Below are positions 38,349 to 50,988 of a stretch of DNA of 64,000 nt, in pieces. A program made the position numbers and the translations under genes. The notes under the pieces were generated by a model. It ran no database searches. It was not told where the DNA came from and saw only the letters and a program-made list of their open reading frames with translations. Within the stretch, counting starts at the first letter, position 1, and each line of letters starts with the position of its first letter. Where the stretch lies: NCBI RefSeq assembly GCF_006345805.1, contig NC_043014.1, positions 26,226,001 to 26,290,000 of the forward strand. The letters run 5' to 3'. Source of the stretch: Octopus sinensis. Taxonomy: Eukaryota.

Positions 38349-38974
38349 TAGAAATATAAATTAGGAATGGAAACCAAAATAAATTGAACAATTTAATAAT
38401 TTTTAATCATTAAATGATAAATTCATTTCAATTTTATTATTCTATACAAACGACACATCTAGTAAAAAAAAAAAAGGTTTTTCAAGAATAGTAAAACACC
38501 GTTTTAAATATAATGAGGTTTCATCAGACAAACATATCTTCTTAAATATCTTATGTATACAGCATGTATACATAGGCAATTCCATACACACGTATATATA
38601 TTTATGGTAAATTTATATATTAATTCAAATCTAAATAAAGGAATTTATAATTTAAATCCAACTTACTATTTATTCAAGTTATAGTTTAAGGTAAATACAA
38701 GAGAGATAACTATTTTCCCATTTTAAGAAAGAAAACGGAAAACGAAACCAACTCGATACGGACAACGGAAAACAATCTAAATACATACAACAAAGACAAA
38801 ATAATACAAATACAAACGAAATGTCCCAAATACGAATAGCGAGCCAAAACAACAAATTAACAAAATAAACACGCTATACCTTCATGTATATCACATTATA
38901 CATTCACTCACATACATATATATATTGCTACATATACACCCACACTTACACGTACACTTATATATCCGCACGTA

Positions 38975-39020
<46 letters not shown>

Positions 39021-39224
39021 TCACACACATACACATATATATATATATATATATATAAACTCATACATATATACGTATACACACCCTCATATACTTGAAC
39101 CAATGCGCACATACTTTTATTAATAATAAAAAATATATATGCATGCATACATATTAAGTCTATATCTACTTGTCTCTTTCCTCTGCTGCAAATGTTGTTT
39201 CAGTGTCACAACCCGTGCTTCATA

Positions 39225-39612
39225 CAACATAAATTTGAGAAAACGGCCACCTTCCTTGTATAGGAAGTATAGCCTGTTTACATCTTCAATAATGTTGAAG
39301 TTTCCTGTAGTTATTGTAGTGACCAGTTCAGAAGAACAAACGTAGGTACAGCAATAGTGTTGTATGTAATATGCTTATTGAAGGCTGAGACTTCTGATGA
39401 CCAAATTCTATGTATGTATGTATGTATGTATGTATGTATGTATGTATGTATGTATGTATGTATGTATGTCCCTGTTCCTTTTTGTTTTAAGGTTTCTTGG
39501 AATTTCAACATCAACAACAGGGTATTTTTGCTTGTATGTATGTATATGTGCAAGTTTTGCTTTTTGTATGTATTTTCACGCATATAGTTGCATATCTAGA
39601 ATGTTCATATTA
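39225..39612 (-). mobile_element. R4/Dong-like LINE remnants (RT C-terminal piece and 3' UTR) interrupted by (TATG)n
   Basis: RIWSSEVSAFNKHITYNTIAVPT. 39540-39610 resembles the reverse complement of the 3' UTR at 23070-23135. Confidence 0.6.
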
Positions 39613-39629
39613 TTATTATTATTATTATT

Positions 39630-40186
39630 GAGTGAGAGAGCAGTGCATGCCATCAAAGTGACACTGGGGTAAAATATACGAAGCCCAATATACCCATCAT
39701 GACTACCCGTCTGATAAAGGTACACCAGGCACATGCATCACAACCATATGTGCGCGACATAGTGATCTCATATCAAGATAAACAGCACATGACCTTGCAG
39801 GTGGGGCCCAGTTAGAAATTTCTTCAGGTTGAGTAGCCCATCCCGCTCAAACAGTCCCTGAATAAGGGTTGTTTAAGGATGTTGAAAGAACCACCCATGT
39901 TTCCAGAGGTGAATTATTCAAACCCCAAAGAATCCCTCTCAACACATGGCTATGATGCTCCCCCACTACTTCTGCTCGTGATCAGAGATGCACATATCGT
40001 CAGCCACTAAGGGACATGCTCAACTGGTTAAGGTCAAACAACTGACAAGCAAATCTGTGGTATTGAGCAGAATATTTGCTGTAGCCCATCTTTTATACCA
40101 AGACAAAACAATGTACATGATAACACTTCCAATCAGTTAAGATCAGAAGCCATGAGAGCCACTGCCTGGTACTGCATCAGGGCATT
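39630..40186 (-). mobile_element. Second copy of the 557-bp TAA-embedded non-coding repeat
   Basis: Reverse complement of 14943-15499, flanked by (ATT)n. Confidence 0.85.
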
Positions 40187-40200
40187 TATTATTATTATTA

Positions 40201-40237
<37 letters not shown>

Positions 40238-40254
40238 TATTATTATTATTATTA

Positions 40255-40289
<35 letters not shown>

Positions 40290-40311
40290 TATTATTATTA
40301 TTATCATCATC

Positions 40312-40475
40312 ATTATTATTCAGGCCATTTCCTGAAATCGAACTCGGGATCTTGGTGTTAGTAGCCTGCGCTCTTAACCACTACGCCATATGCCCGTTTG
40401 CGTAGTGGTTCAGAGCGCAGGCTACTAACCTCAAGATTCCGATTTCGATTCCAGGAAATGGCCTGAATAATAATG
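40312..40475. repeat. Head-to-head palindrome of two tRNA-like mini-SINE units (about 75 nt each) with TAA tails
   Basis: The left arm on - reads GGGCATATGGCGTAGTGGTTAAGAGCGCAGGCTACTAAC..GAGTTCGATTTCAGG. The right arm on + reads GCGTAGTGGTTCAGAGCGCAGGCTACTAAC..GATTTCGATTCCAGG. Confidence 0.85.
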
Positions 40476-40481
40476 ATGATG

Positions 40482-40544
<63 letters not shown>

Positions 40545-40800
40545 CTCATATATGTTTAAATGATAAACTTTTGGAAACTTGAACGGATTTTTACAGTTCT
40601 AGTGATGGATTAGATCTGTAGTCTTCGAATTAGCTTTCTCCTTTCTGGTTTTGAGAAGCCCAATTTCTCTAGATTGCTATTTAGGCAGTGTGTGTGTGCG
40701 TGTCTATGTATGTATGTATGTATGTATGTATGTATGTATGTATGTATGTATGTATGTATGTAGTATGTATGTATGTATGTATGTATGGATAGTTTGTTAT

Positions 40801-40859
<59 letters not shown>

Positions 40860-40860
<1 letters not shown>

Positions 40861-41075
40861 GTGAAGTATATTTGCCACTTAAATGTGGCTAACCCCTAAG
40901 GGTGGATGCTACTGTAGCTTGTAGCCCCAGGAGGACACCTACTCCAGCTGGCTATTGACACACTTTCTGTGCCCTATCAGAATTTGCAAAGGGAAGCCAT
41001 CCTTCCCATCTTCAGCCTGTATGATACACATGGACTCGAGTTTCTGAGTATTGACCCGTCATCAGCGTGTATATA
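40860..41075 (-). mobile_element. Short TA-flanked Penelope pLTR-like remnant carrying a hammerhead
   Basis: Non-coding unique segment between (TA)n runs, containing HHR-6. Confidence 0.55.
41024..41072 (-). ncRNA. Minimal type I hammerhead ribozyme HHR-6
   Basis: AUACACG-CUGAUGA-C-GGGU-CAAU-ACUC-A-GAAA-CUCGAG-UC/CAUGUGUAU. Stem III ACUCGAGU is a perfect palindrome, with a C10.1-A11.1 mismatch and a 2-nt bulge in stem I. Predicted cleavage between 41033 and 41032. Confidence 0.72.
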
Positions 41076-41148
41076 TATATATATAATATTAATTAGAGAC
41101 AAAACCACTATTTTGCAAATCTGTAAATTTGGATTTATTCCCTAATAT

Positions 41149-41240
<92 letters not shown>

Positions 41241-41694
41241 ATATACATACATACATAGATTCAAATGAATATGGTACTTAGGTTGAGGTACCAGAATTTA
41301 GTACGGTATTATCCATACAATTTCAAAATAAGGTGATTAAAGTCAAAATGAGCAACAAGGATATCCAGAGCTAATGCAGTACGATCGATTCACGCAACTC
41401 CATTTAATTGAATAATGCAACCATTACTTCTAAGCTGAAGTGAAGGCAGCATGTTCTTTGTCTATCTCTTTAACTTCTTGGAGATTTTAAGTAAAATTAT
41501 ACTAATGTGTCCATCTGTTTTAATTTAATCAAATTCTATGACTTTGTGTAGTTGAGGCTCGCTCTGCATTTAAATTGATGTAATGGTTGCGTTGTTCAAT
41601 TAAATGTATTTGCCTTAAACGATCGTGCTGGGTATCCTTGTTTCTTATTTTGAGATATATATATATATATATATATATATAAGATAGAAAGAAA

Positions 41695-41744
41695 ATAGAT
41701 AGATAGATAGACAGACAGACGGACAGGCTGGTAGATAGATAGAC

Positions 41745-41813
<69 letters not shown>

Positions 41814-41814
41814 T

Positions 41815-41852
<38 letters not shown>
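41695..41852. repeat. (ATAG)n microsatellite
   Basis: Visible directly in the sequence. Confidence 0.95.
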
Positions 41853-43208
41853 GCTTTTGTTACCAATCATATGAATACGTTGTGTCGCGATTACATGAAC
41901 TTAATTTAAACACACAGGTACCAACACACATGTCCTATATAAATATATATTATGAAGATTAGTCCTTAATACAAAACTAATTTTTATTGCTTTCGACTGG
42001 GGTAAAGTGTTATGCGCTTAATCTTCCCAGGTACTCCAAATCCAGTAAAATTGGTACGTTTAACATTCCTCTCGAACAATTACAGGAAAACTATTCTGTA
42101 ATCAGAAATATTAAATTTCTAAATATCTCATAAAGATAAGTACGGTGGTGGGGCGATAGAGTGGTTGTATACTGTCAACTTAACGTGACAGTAAGGGAAT
42201 TACACCACCGCTGTTTAGCCCTAGGAAGCATCGACGCTTCCTGTTGGCCTCGACACATTTCCTGTAATGCAGGTGATATAACCAATCATAACCCTCGAAA
42301 ACGATACTTCGATTGGCCAGTCCAATGACTGTTACTATTTAGAGAAGAGAAGAAATCATTTTGATTTCGAAATATATTTCCGTGTAAAAAATAAGGTTAT
42401 TTTTCTTATGAATTTTTTTTTCTGTTTTCTTTCCCTTCACTTCAATCGTTCAAGTATGCATATCAGATCAAATTTCTGGTGTTAAATAACAAATTGAAAA
42501 TAGATACATATCAAGCAACAGCATTTATTTAGTTGTGTAATTCAATAACCATCTAGATTTAATCGTGTATGACATTCTCTTTCAAATCTATTTTCATCAA
42601 GTGAAACGTAATTAGATATATTTAAAACCACTCGCCTGAATTAAACACACCTATATCAAATTGATTATCAGCTATCTTATTTATAGATCGACTTGCTAAA
42701 CAACTTCGTTTGTTCTTATAACAGACTGACACGCGCAAAATATCTTATGGTATTATCAGGTGGTCAGTATTTGTTGGTTGGTATAGATATCGTAACATTT
42801 CTTAGGTGAAGTGAAACGGTAAATATTTGTTGACAATAGAACAGAATTAGTTTCTTTCTTTGCAATTGGCGTGTTTAATAAACAAGAGACCCATACATAG
42901 AGCATTTGTTTGTGTTTTCTTAAAGGATATTGTTTTCCTCCCTCATAGAGACAGGTGCCGTGAAACAGGAAACCACTTTGTTCAGTGACATCTACATAAA
43001 CAAATGTAACAACTATGACATAGCGTTTGTTGGTGCCTTCAGTATGGAAACATTTAATGACTTGAATCACCCGAGTTGCCCCATTGAACCGCTGAAACAA
43101 CAGATGACAATTATTAGTGATCTCTATCCCCTTGTGGGCAATAAAGAAATATATATGAGGAAATGCTGTAAAGGTGACAAGACATAGGTTGGTGTTTTCT
43201 ATTTCGAC

Positions 43209-43315
43209 ATACTGACTTCGGTAGTATAGATTCTAAAATTGAAACGATACACAGAAGAGTAACAGGGCCCTTGTGCAAGGATGACCCGCAAATTCGCGAA
43301 GCTTTCCATATTTTT
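43209..43315 (+). pseudogene. U6: Full-length U6 snRNA pseudogene (107 nt)
   Basis: ATACTGACTTCGGTAGTATAGATTCTAAAATTGAAACGATACACAGAAGAGTAACAGGGCCCTTGTGCAAGGATGACCCGCAAATTCGCGAAGCTTTCCATATTTTT aligns end to end with metazoan U6. The ACAGAGA box reads ACACAGA and the AGC triad reads AAC. Confidence 0.92.
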
Positions 43316-43317
43316 AA

Positions 43318-44780
43318 AGGCGCAGGCGTGACTGTGTAGCAAGAAGCTTCCTTCCAAACCAGATGGTTCCAGGTTCAGTCCCTCTGCGTAGCATCTTGAG
43401 CAAGTGTCTTCTACTATAGCCTTGGACTGACCAAAGCTTTGTGAACTGAATTGGCAGACGGAAAGTGAAAGAAGCCTGTCGTGTACATGTATATACGAGG
43501 GACGTTCAATAAGTAATGCCTCTGACCCACTTGCAGTTGTTTTGCATGTAAAATCATTTCTATCTCTATAGAGTAAGTGGCAAATTACAGCTCTGAATTA
43601 ATTGTGGTTTCTGAGTTACAGGTGTTTGAACCGAGTCAAGTGTGAAATGGAGCCTGTTGAGTGTCGAGCAGTGATCCGGTTTTTGTATTTGAAAGGACGC
43701 ACACCACGGGAGACTTTTGATGAAATGAAAGTAACTTATGGTGATGATGCCCCATCATATGACCTTGTAAAACGCTGGCATCGTGAATTCAAACATGGTC
43801 GGAACTCTGTGGAAACAGCTCCCAGATCAGGTCGCCCCTTCTGCCATTGATGAGGCATCTGTCCGTCAAGTTGAGGCTGCCATTTTGGAAGATCGACGCA
43901 TAACAATTCGCCAAATAGCCCATCAGGTCAAGATTAGTACCGGGTCTGTGGAAACTATCATTCATGACCATTTGCATATGCAAAAGGTGTCTGCCAGATG
44001 GATTCCCAGGTTGCTCACGCCTTTCCAGAAGCAAGAACGCGTCGAGTGCTCGAGGGTGAATTTGGAGATGTGCCAAGAAGATGAGTAAAAATTTTTCAAA
44101 AGACTGATTACACAGGATGAAACCTGGGTCCATCACGATGATCCAGAGACCAAAGCCCAGTCAATGCAGTGGAAGTACCGTGACTCACCCCCTCCAAAGA
44201 AGGCAAGGGTGCAGCCCTCCGCTGGCAAGGTCATGCTCACAGTCTTCTGGAACCAGGACGGAGTAGTGATGACAGATTTCTTGGCAAAGGGTACCACAAT
44301 TGCAGGAGCCTATTATGCTTCACTTTTGAGGAAATTAAGAGAAGTTATCAAAATCAAGAGGCGGGGCAAGATCAGCAAAGGCATCCTCCTCCTGCAGGAC
44401 AACGCTCCTGTCCACAACTCGCTTGTCGCCAGATCAGAAGCACAGGCCTATGACTATGAACTCCTCCCCCATCCCCCTACTTTCCTGACCTTGCACCCTC
44501 TGATTTTCACCTCTTCCCAGTCATGAAGTTGTTTTTGAAAGAAAAGCGTTTCCCAGATGATGCAGCCTTGATTTCTGAAGTCACGTTCAGGTTGGAGGAC
44601 CAAGCTGGGGGTCTTCTACAAAAACGGTCTCCAGAGCTGCATCAAACAATGGGAGAAATGCGTAACTCTGGGTGGTTCCTATGTAGAAAAAGACTAATAA
44701 CTGTGCCAAGTTTCGTTGCTCTACTGCTATGGGAAGTGGGTCAGGGGCATTACTTATTGAACGCCCCTCGTATATATATA

Positions 44781-44828
<48 letters not shown>

Positions 44829-44832
44829 TGTG

Positions 44833-44887
<55 letters not shown>

Positions 44888-45108
44888 TGTGTCTGTGTGT
44901 GTGCTTGTTCCACTGCCATCAATAGCTGATGCTGGTGTGTTTATGTCGCCGTAACTTTGCAGTTCAACAAAAGACAATGATAGAGTAAGTACTAGGCTTA
45001 CAAAGAATAAGTCCTGGGGTCGATTTCTTCGACTAAAACCGTTTAAGTTGGTGCTATAGCATGGCCGCAGTCAAATGACTGAAACAAGTAAAAGAATAAA
45101 AGAATATA
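43318..45108 (+). mobile_element. SINE family A copy split by a mariner insertion (5' half 43318-43495, 3' half about 44905-45108)
   Basis: Both halves match the family A consensus. The mariner sits in the internal TA microsatellite. Confidence 0.8.
43496..44770 (+). mobile_element. Full-length DD34D mariner (1275 bp); transposase pseudogene about 43647-44697
   Basis: TA-flanked TIRs of about 37 bp (CGAGGG(A/G)CGTTCAATAAGTAATGCC(T/C)CTGACCCACTT). Motifs WIPRLL, ITQDETW, LQDNAP and PDLAPSDF (34 spacing). At least two frameshifts and one stop. Confidence 0.95.
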
Positions 45109-45378
45109 TAATGAGAGCAAGCGTAGAAGTGGTCGGACTATTGTATAAGAGCAACTGTAAGGACACGGGAAAAACATTATTTGGTGGGCCTTATATATGG
45201 ACAGATGTAACGACAGAGGACACAACGTTGATTGTTATTCACAACATGGACTCGAAACAGAGTTCCTTATATGAACAAATGGAACGCAGCATTGATTGAC
45301 TTCTCTAAGTCTGTTGTAATGGTTAGTCACAACGCATAGGTTGATTTTTCCTGTATTGTTAGATATAAGATTGAAGGT

Positions 45379-45577
45379 TATTCTTTTCTACTCTAGACAC
45401 AAGGCCCGAAATTTTGGGGAGTGCGCAACAGTACGCAACTGTTGATACTTAATTTATCGAAAGGATGAAAGGCAAAGTCGACCTCGACGGAATTTGAACT
45501 CAGACCGTAAAGACAGACGAAACACCGCTAAACATTTCGCCCGGCGTGCTAACGTTTCTACCAGCTCGCCGCCTTAA
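45379..45577 (-). mobile_element. SINE family B copy
   Basis: Head TTAAGGCGGCGAGCTGGTAGAAACGTTAGCACGCCGGGCG. Confidence 0.8.
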
Positions 45578-45925
45578 GGGTTAAAGGTTATTATATAAGT
45601 TATGATCATTAGAGACAAAGAATGTCTTAACTTTCTATGCGGGATAAATACAGTATACCTTAAAGAGTTACGAATTGTTTTTTTGGAAGTCGAATACTTG
45701 ATCAGTGTTCTCATTCTATGTCGTGCATATTACACGTTCGCAATTAGGGGCAAGGATGCGGTGTCTGAACGACCTGTTTGCATTCTCTTAATAGCATCCA
45801 AGGTTTTCTGCTAATTCAGAAAGTCGTCTTTACATGGGGTCAAAAGGTGGGAATCTGTAGCACAGCAGCGTTAGGCCACAGTCTTACAGCGCAGATATAG
45901 AATAATCGACTAGAGTAAAGAGTGT

Positions 45926-46250
45926 GAGGGCGCGTGGCTTAGAGGTTAGGGCATTCGGCTCATGATCGTAAGGTTGTGAGTTCGATTCCCGGCGACGCGT
46001 TGTGTCCTTGAGCAAGACACTTTATTTCACGTAGCTCCAGTCCACTCAGCTGGCAAAAATGAGTTGTACTTGTATTTCAAAGGGTCAGCCTTGTCACTCT
46101 CTGTGTCACGCTGATTATCCCCGAGAACTACGTTAAGGGTACACGTGTCTGTGGAATGCTCAGCCATTTGCACGTTAATTTCACGAGCAAGCTGTTCCGT
46201 TGATCGTATCAGCTGGGACCCTCGTCGTCGTAACCGGCGGAGTCTTTTTA
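45926..46250 (+). mobile_element. tRNA-derived SINE (family C)
   Basis: A box TGGCTTAGAGG, B box GAGTTCGATTCCC and core TGTGTCCTTGAGCAAGACACT. Confidence 0.8.
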
Positions 46251-47184
46251 AGAGTAAAGAACAGTTTGGCGTTTGATATTCCGTAATATGTGAGGCGACT
46301 AGCAAGAAATGTCATCGCACCAGACAAAATGCTTAGGGACATTCCTCAAAACGTTCTGAGTTCAATTTCCTTCAGGGTCGATTTTGCCTTAATCCTTTCG
46401 GCGTCGATAAATAAATACTTGACAAACACTGTGGTTGACTTGCTCCCTTCTGGCTAAATTCCAGCCCTTGCGCTAAATGAAGAAAAGATATTCCATAATA
46501 TGTTTGTGAATTAGTAATATATAAGTAAAGATCTTATAAGTAGGAGTTGTGTATCATGGTGACTACTGCTATAGATGGTATAGTTATAGTAGACATACCA
46601 AAGGGCCACTAATTAGGTATTCTTGTTATAGTTTAGCTCCAAACGCTCTATGGCCGAGTAGACCTGTAATCAATAACGCTTTCATATTGGTCATCATGTG
46701 TTTGTTTTATTTTTTATATTGTTCAGTCATGTCGCATCTAGCTCTCTATTACTCCGTATATTCACCCTTTCTATGTTAGGGTCTCAAAAATTTGAATATT
46801 TACTTGTGATATTCTTTTCGCCAAGAATTCGAAATAATATTAATGTGTTAAAAAAAGGGGGTGAATTCCCCTATTTATCCGGGTATTCTCTACACGTCTC
46901 ACACCTTTTCAGTCTCTCTCACTTTCGACAAATCCTAACGATACTACGTATAGAATTATATATGAAATCTGGCACAATTGCATGTTGGGCAAAAATGCAT
47001 TCTGGTTGTGAACAGCTCGCCTTATATTCATATATGTGTGTCTGTGTGTGCGTGTGTGTATAAAGTGATATGACCCATCTGGCATCAACACTTAACAACT
47101 GCTCCACGACCATTCGGTGGTACAGATGTGTTTCATAGGCTGATATATAGATATAACTCATTAAAATAACATTTACGCAATGTG

Positions 47185-47530
47185 GTGACCGGACAATTTG
47201 CCGTAAACAAATTCGCCGTAGGACTATTCACCGTAAGACAATTAGCCGTACGGATATTTCGCTGCAAGGAAAAAAAAATTGCCGTAAAGCTTGGAAACTT
47301 GAAATTGCGTCGTTAATTAAATAATAGCCTATCGACTGGCCTTTTACCTAGCTTCTGTGGAGGGCTCTTCATTGGGCTGTGAGCCCAATAATGATACTTC
47401 ATGCATTGAGTACATATTAAATTTTATTAAACTTGACCAATATTTTTCAAGCAATGAACAATTTTTGTCAAAACAATGATATAATATGTGGACTTGGAAA
47501 TTATTGCAAAGCTTCATGATAAACAAAATT
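47185..47530 (-). mobile_element. Possible MULE-type DNA transposon remnant with subterminal repeats of about 15 bp
   Basis: Tandem ACAATT(C/T)GCCGTA-like units at 47192-47290. The minus-strand peptide CNNFQVHILYH..WSSLIK..LLGSQP resembles MULE transposase C-termini from memory. Confidence 0.4.
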
Positions 47531-48477
47531 TTTGTCTTTCTATTCGGGGGTCAGTATAATTCTTTTTCTGTATAACTTCTTTCTCTCTCTCTTTCTATTG
47601 AGTGTTTTCAGCCATCACCATCACCAGTGCCACAACCATTGCCACCACAACTGCCATACATACACCATTCAGACTTCTCACGCCACTAGCATCAACACCT
47701 TTGACTTCGCCGACTTCCCCTCCACCACCATCACCACTGTCTTTCACATCCCTTACTATCACCGTCCTGCTTGACCGCCTCAACTACTACCACCACCGAC
47801 AACATCAACATCGTCGCCTCCGCCTCTGTCACAACTACAGCTCATACTATTACTATCACCCCATTACCATCTCAACTGTCAATCTACTACCGCCCTCACC
47901 TTCTCTATGCCTTGTATTACTCTCACCCCAGCAAAGGAGCAGAAGAGTCATTGAATAGGGAGAGAGGGGGTCAAAGTGCGACACACTGACACAAAAATTC
48001 GTTTTGGCATTTATATGTGTGTGCGCGCGCGCGTGTGTATGTACATATATACATGTATGTATGTGAATATATATATGGATCTATTCCATCTCAATCACAG
48101 ATTTTTAAATTGATTTTTTAAAAACTAAACAATTCCATAGGAATGCGCGCGCGCGTGTGTGTGTTTGTTTGCAACAATGCCGGTGCTCACTGTCACCCTC
48201 CGTCATTTTAATGACGAGTACATTTGCTGCGTTGGTGTTGTAAATTGCGAATAGCCACTTAAACAAGTTAGGTATGTATGTATGTATGTATGTATGTATA
48301 TATATATGAAGCCCAGTTACAACTACAGCCGGCTATTACTGGTAAAGGTTTCAGTTGCCAATTCTGTACAAGACATTGTAGATCTTTAGCTGGGCTAAAA
48401 AGTCACATTCGATCACAGCACCAGTAACAGTTAAGCTTCGGGCAATGGGCATACTCGATAACGAGGGGGCAGCCATA

Positions 48478-48542
<65 letters not shown>

Positions 48543-48654
48543 TATATATAAATATATAAATATATATATATTATGGACATATATATGGATATATATATAT
48601 ACTAGCTGAAGGTGACCCACTCTACGCGCGGGTAAGAGTGTGGGTGTTACTTTC

Positions 48655-48978
48655 TGTTGCTTCCTTTCAGCACGTAAAAAGCACCATCCGAACGTGGCCG
48701 ATTGCAGCACCGCCTTGACTTGCTTCTGTGCTGGTGGCACGTAAAAAGCACCAACCGATCGTTGCCACTGCGAGCCCCCCTGGCACCAGTGCCGTCGGCA
48801 CGAAAAAAGCACTCACTACACTCACAGTGTGGTTGGCGTTAGGAAGGTCATCCACCTGTAGAAACACTGCCAGATCAGTCTGGAGCCTGGTGCAGCCTCC
48901 TGGCTTCCGAGACCCGGTCACACTGCCCAACCCGTGCTAGCACGGAAAACGGACGTTAAACGATGATGATGATGATGA
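48655..48978 (+). mobile_element. SINE 3' part with RTE-like tail
   Basis: Repeated GCACGTAAAAAGCACC units, TGGCGTTAGGAAGGTCATCCACCTGTAGAAAC, and an ending CGGACGTTAAACGATGATGATG. Confidence 0.7.
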
Positions 48979-49972
48979 TTCTCCGTATTTGTTTCTCTCT
49001 CCTTTCTCTCTCACTTTCCCACTCTCTTACTTTTCTTTTCTCTTTGACTCTCCCTCGCTTTCTCTTACTCTCTATCTTTATCTATCTCTCTCCCATTTAT
49101 AAACAACAGAAGATCTTGAGTAAGTTGAGAAATAAAATATTTAGAAAGATCAATCAGAAATATGAGGCAGTGGCAATGAAAAGGTCTGCTTCAAGGCACA
49201 CAGCAAAACGCTAACATTCAAAAGGGACAGACGAACTTGCGAGCTGAATAAAAATAATAAAATATTGGAAACCAAAGTTTGAAGGGATAGAATCTGAGGA
49301 TAGTAGAGTCACCATGGCTGGCATTTGTTAACGACGGACAGCAACGTAGTGACAGTTTAGCGGCTGGCGTAAAATTTTGAACTTGATGTAAAAGAAAATT
49401 CGTAAACACCAATTTTTGAAGTGATTCTTTCTCACGACAGTAGACTCACCATGGCAAGCATTCAAAACTTCTTTATCATGGACGGCAACACATTGACGAT
49501 TAAAAGGCTGGCGCAAATTTTTTAGCTTGATGCAACAGAGAATTCCTAAACACCCGCTCTTTGAAATTTTAATCCCCTTCCAGCCTCATTTAGACCCCTT
49601 TTCACATTTTGGTTAATATAACCCGATTTCATTCGGGTGTACTGGGGCCACATTTTATAAGATGAGGAATTTTGTCCTAGAGGTGACGCCTTTCATTTGA
49701 GGAACAAAATAGTTGTGATGCAAACTTGTCAGCACCTTTAACATAGGTGTGCATATTTTCAGCTGAATCGACCGACTACGTAATGCACACATATATATAT
49801 ATGTGTATATATATATATGTGTGTGTGTGCACGCATTATATATACAAATGTATACAAATGAGATATATATCTGTATAAATTAAATTAGAGATAAAACCAC
49901 TAATAGGCAAATCAAACAGTGAAAAACCAAAAACAAAAACATAAAAAAAGAAAATATAACATAGAAAATATA

Positions 49973-50988
49973 TCTATATATATAAAACTGTAGTTATGTG
50001 AGTGTCTGTCCCCTTCGATTTAGATTCCTAACTACTCCCAAATTTTGCGGTGCAGTTTAACCAAATTCGGGTATCTTATAGTCGTGATTCATATCGAGCC
50101 CGTCTGGGTATTAGCGCGCGTCTACGATGAGTGTACGATTTTAAAAATAATTTAACATCATTTTTTATTCCATTTTAATGCATATTTTTTCGTGTGTCGA
50201 TGGCGGCGGAGTTGGCGTCCACGCTCACGCCTGCACCTGTGTTGCTTCTCCCCCTTCTTCCCTCCCTCGTGAAGCTGTGGGGAAGGGAGTGTAAGGAAAT
50301 CAACGTCGTAATGCGTTGTGAAGGAGACCAGCGTTCTTTTAGAACAACGACTTCATGGCTTGAAGTCGCCAAAACAGAAATCGCTAAAAAAGCTGAAACA
50401 GATCCACAAAAACGGCAAAAACCGCCACACAGGGCAGGTTTCCTGTGCAAACAATTTGCACAACCGAATGTTTTAGTTGTTGCACAAATCTTTATATATA
50501 AAAGTAAGGTTGTGTGTCTGTCTCCTACGATTTAGATTCCTAACTACTCCCACATTTTGCGGTGCAGTGTAACCAAAACCGGGTATCTTATAGTCGTGAT
50601 TCATATCGAGCCCTTCTGGGTATTAGCGCGCGTCTACGATGAGTCTACGATTTAAAAAAAAAATTACCATCATTTTTTATTCCATTTTAATGCATTTTTC
50701 GCTATTATATAAGGGAAGTAACTCTCTAAAAATGTCTACGATGAGTCAACGATTAAAAAAAAAATTACCATCATTTTTTATTCCATTTTAATGCATTTTT
50801 CGCTATTATATAAGGGAAGTAACTCTGTAAAAATGTCTACGATGAGTCAACGATTAAAAAAGAAATTACTATCATTTTTTATTCCATCTTTAATGCATTT
50901 TTTGCTATTTCTTTTGCTATAACTCACTAAAAATGCTTATATAGTTATTTCCCTTACAAACCCGAGCAACGCCGGGCGATACTGCTAG
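49973..50988 (+). mobile_element. Composite non-autonomous Helitron (5' ends at 49973 and 50489, one 3' end), nested in unit 2
   Basis: A|TCTATATATATAAAAC and A|TCTTTATATATAAAAG starts, internal repeats of about 100 bp, and a 3' CCCGAGCAACGCCGGG..CTAG|T end. Confidence 0.8.

Noticed and set aside
38470-38535. CUGAUGA on - at 38521-38527
   Set aside because: No complementary stem I strand and no usable stem III.
42930-43187. 85-aa ORF as a host exon
   Set aside because: No recognisable homology, and its 3' part runs into a SINE tail sequence.
43209-43315. U6 as a functional snRNA gene
   Set aside because: The ACAGAGA box and AGC triad are mutated and no upstream TATA box is visible.
50194-50535. 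113-aa ORF inside the composite Helitron as a captured gene
   Set aside because: No recognisable domain, and it spans the junction between two Helitron segments.
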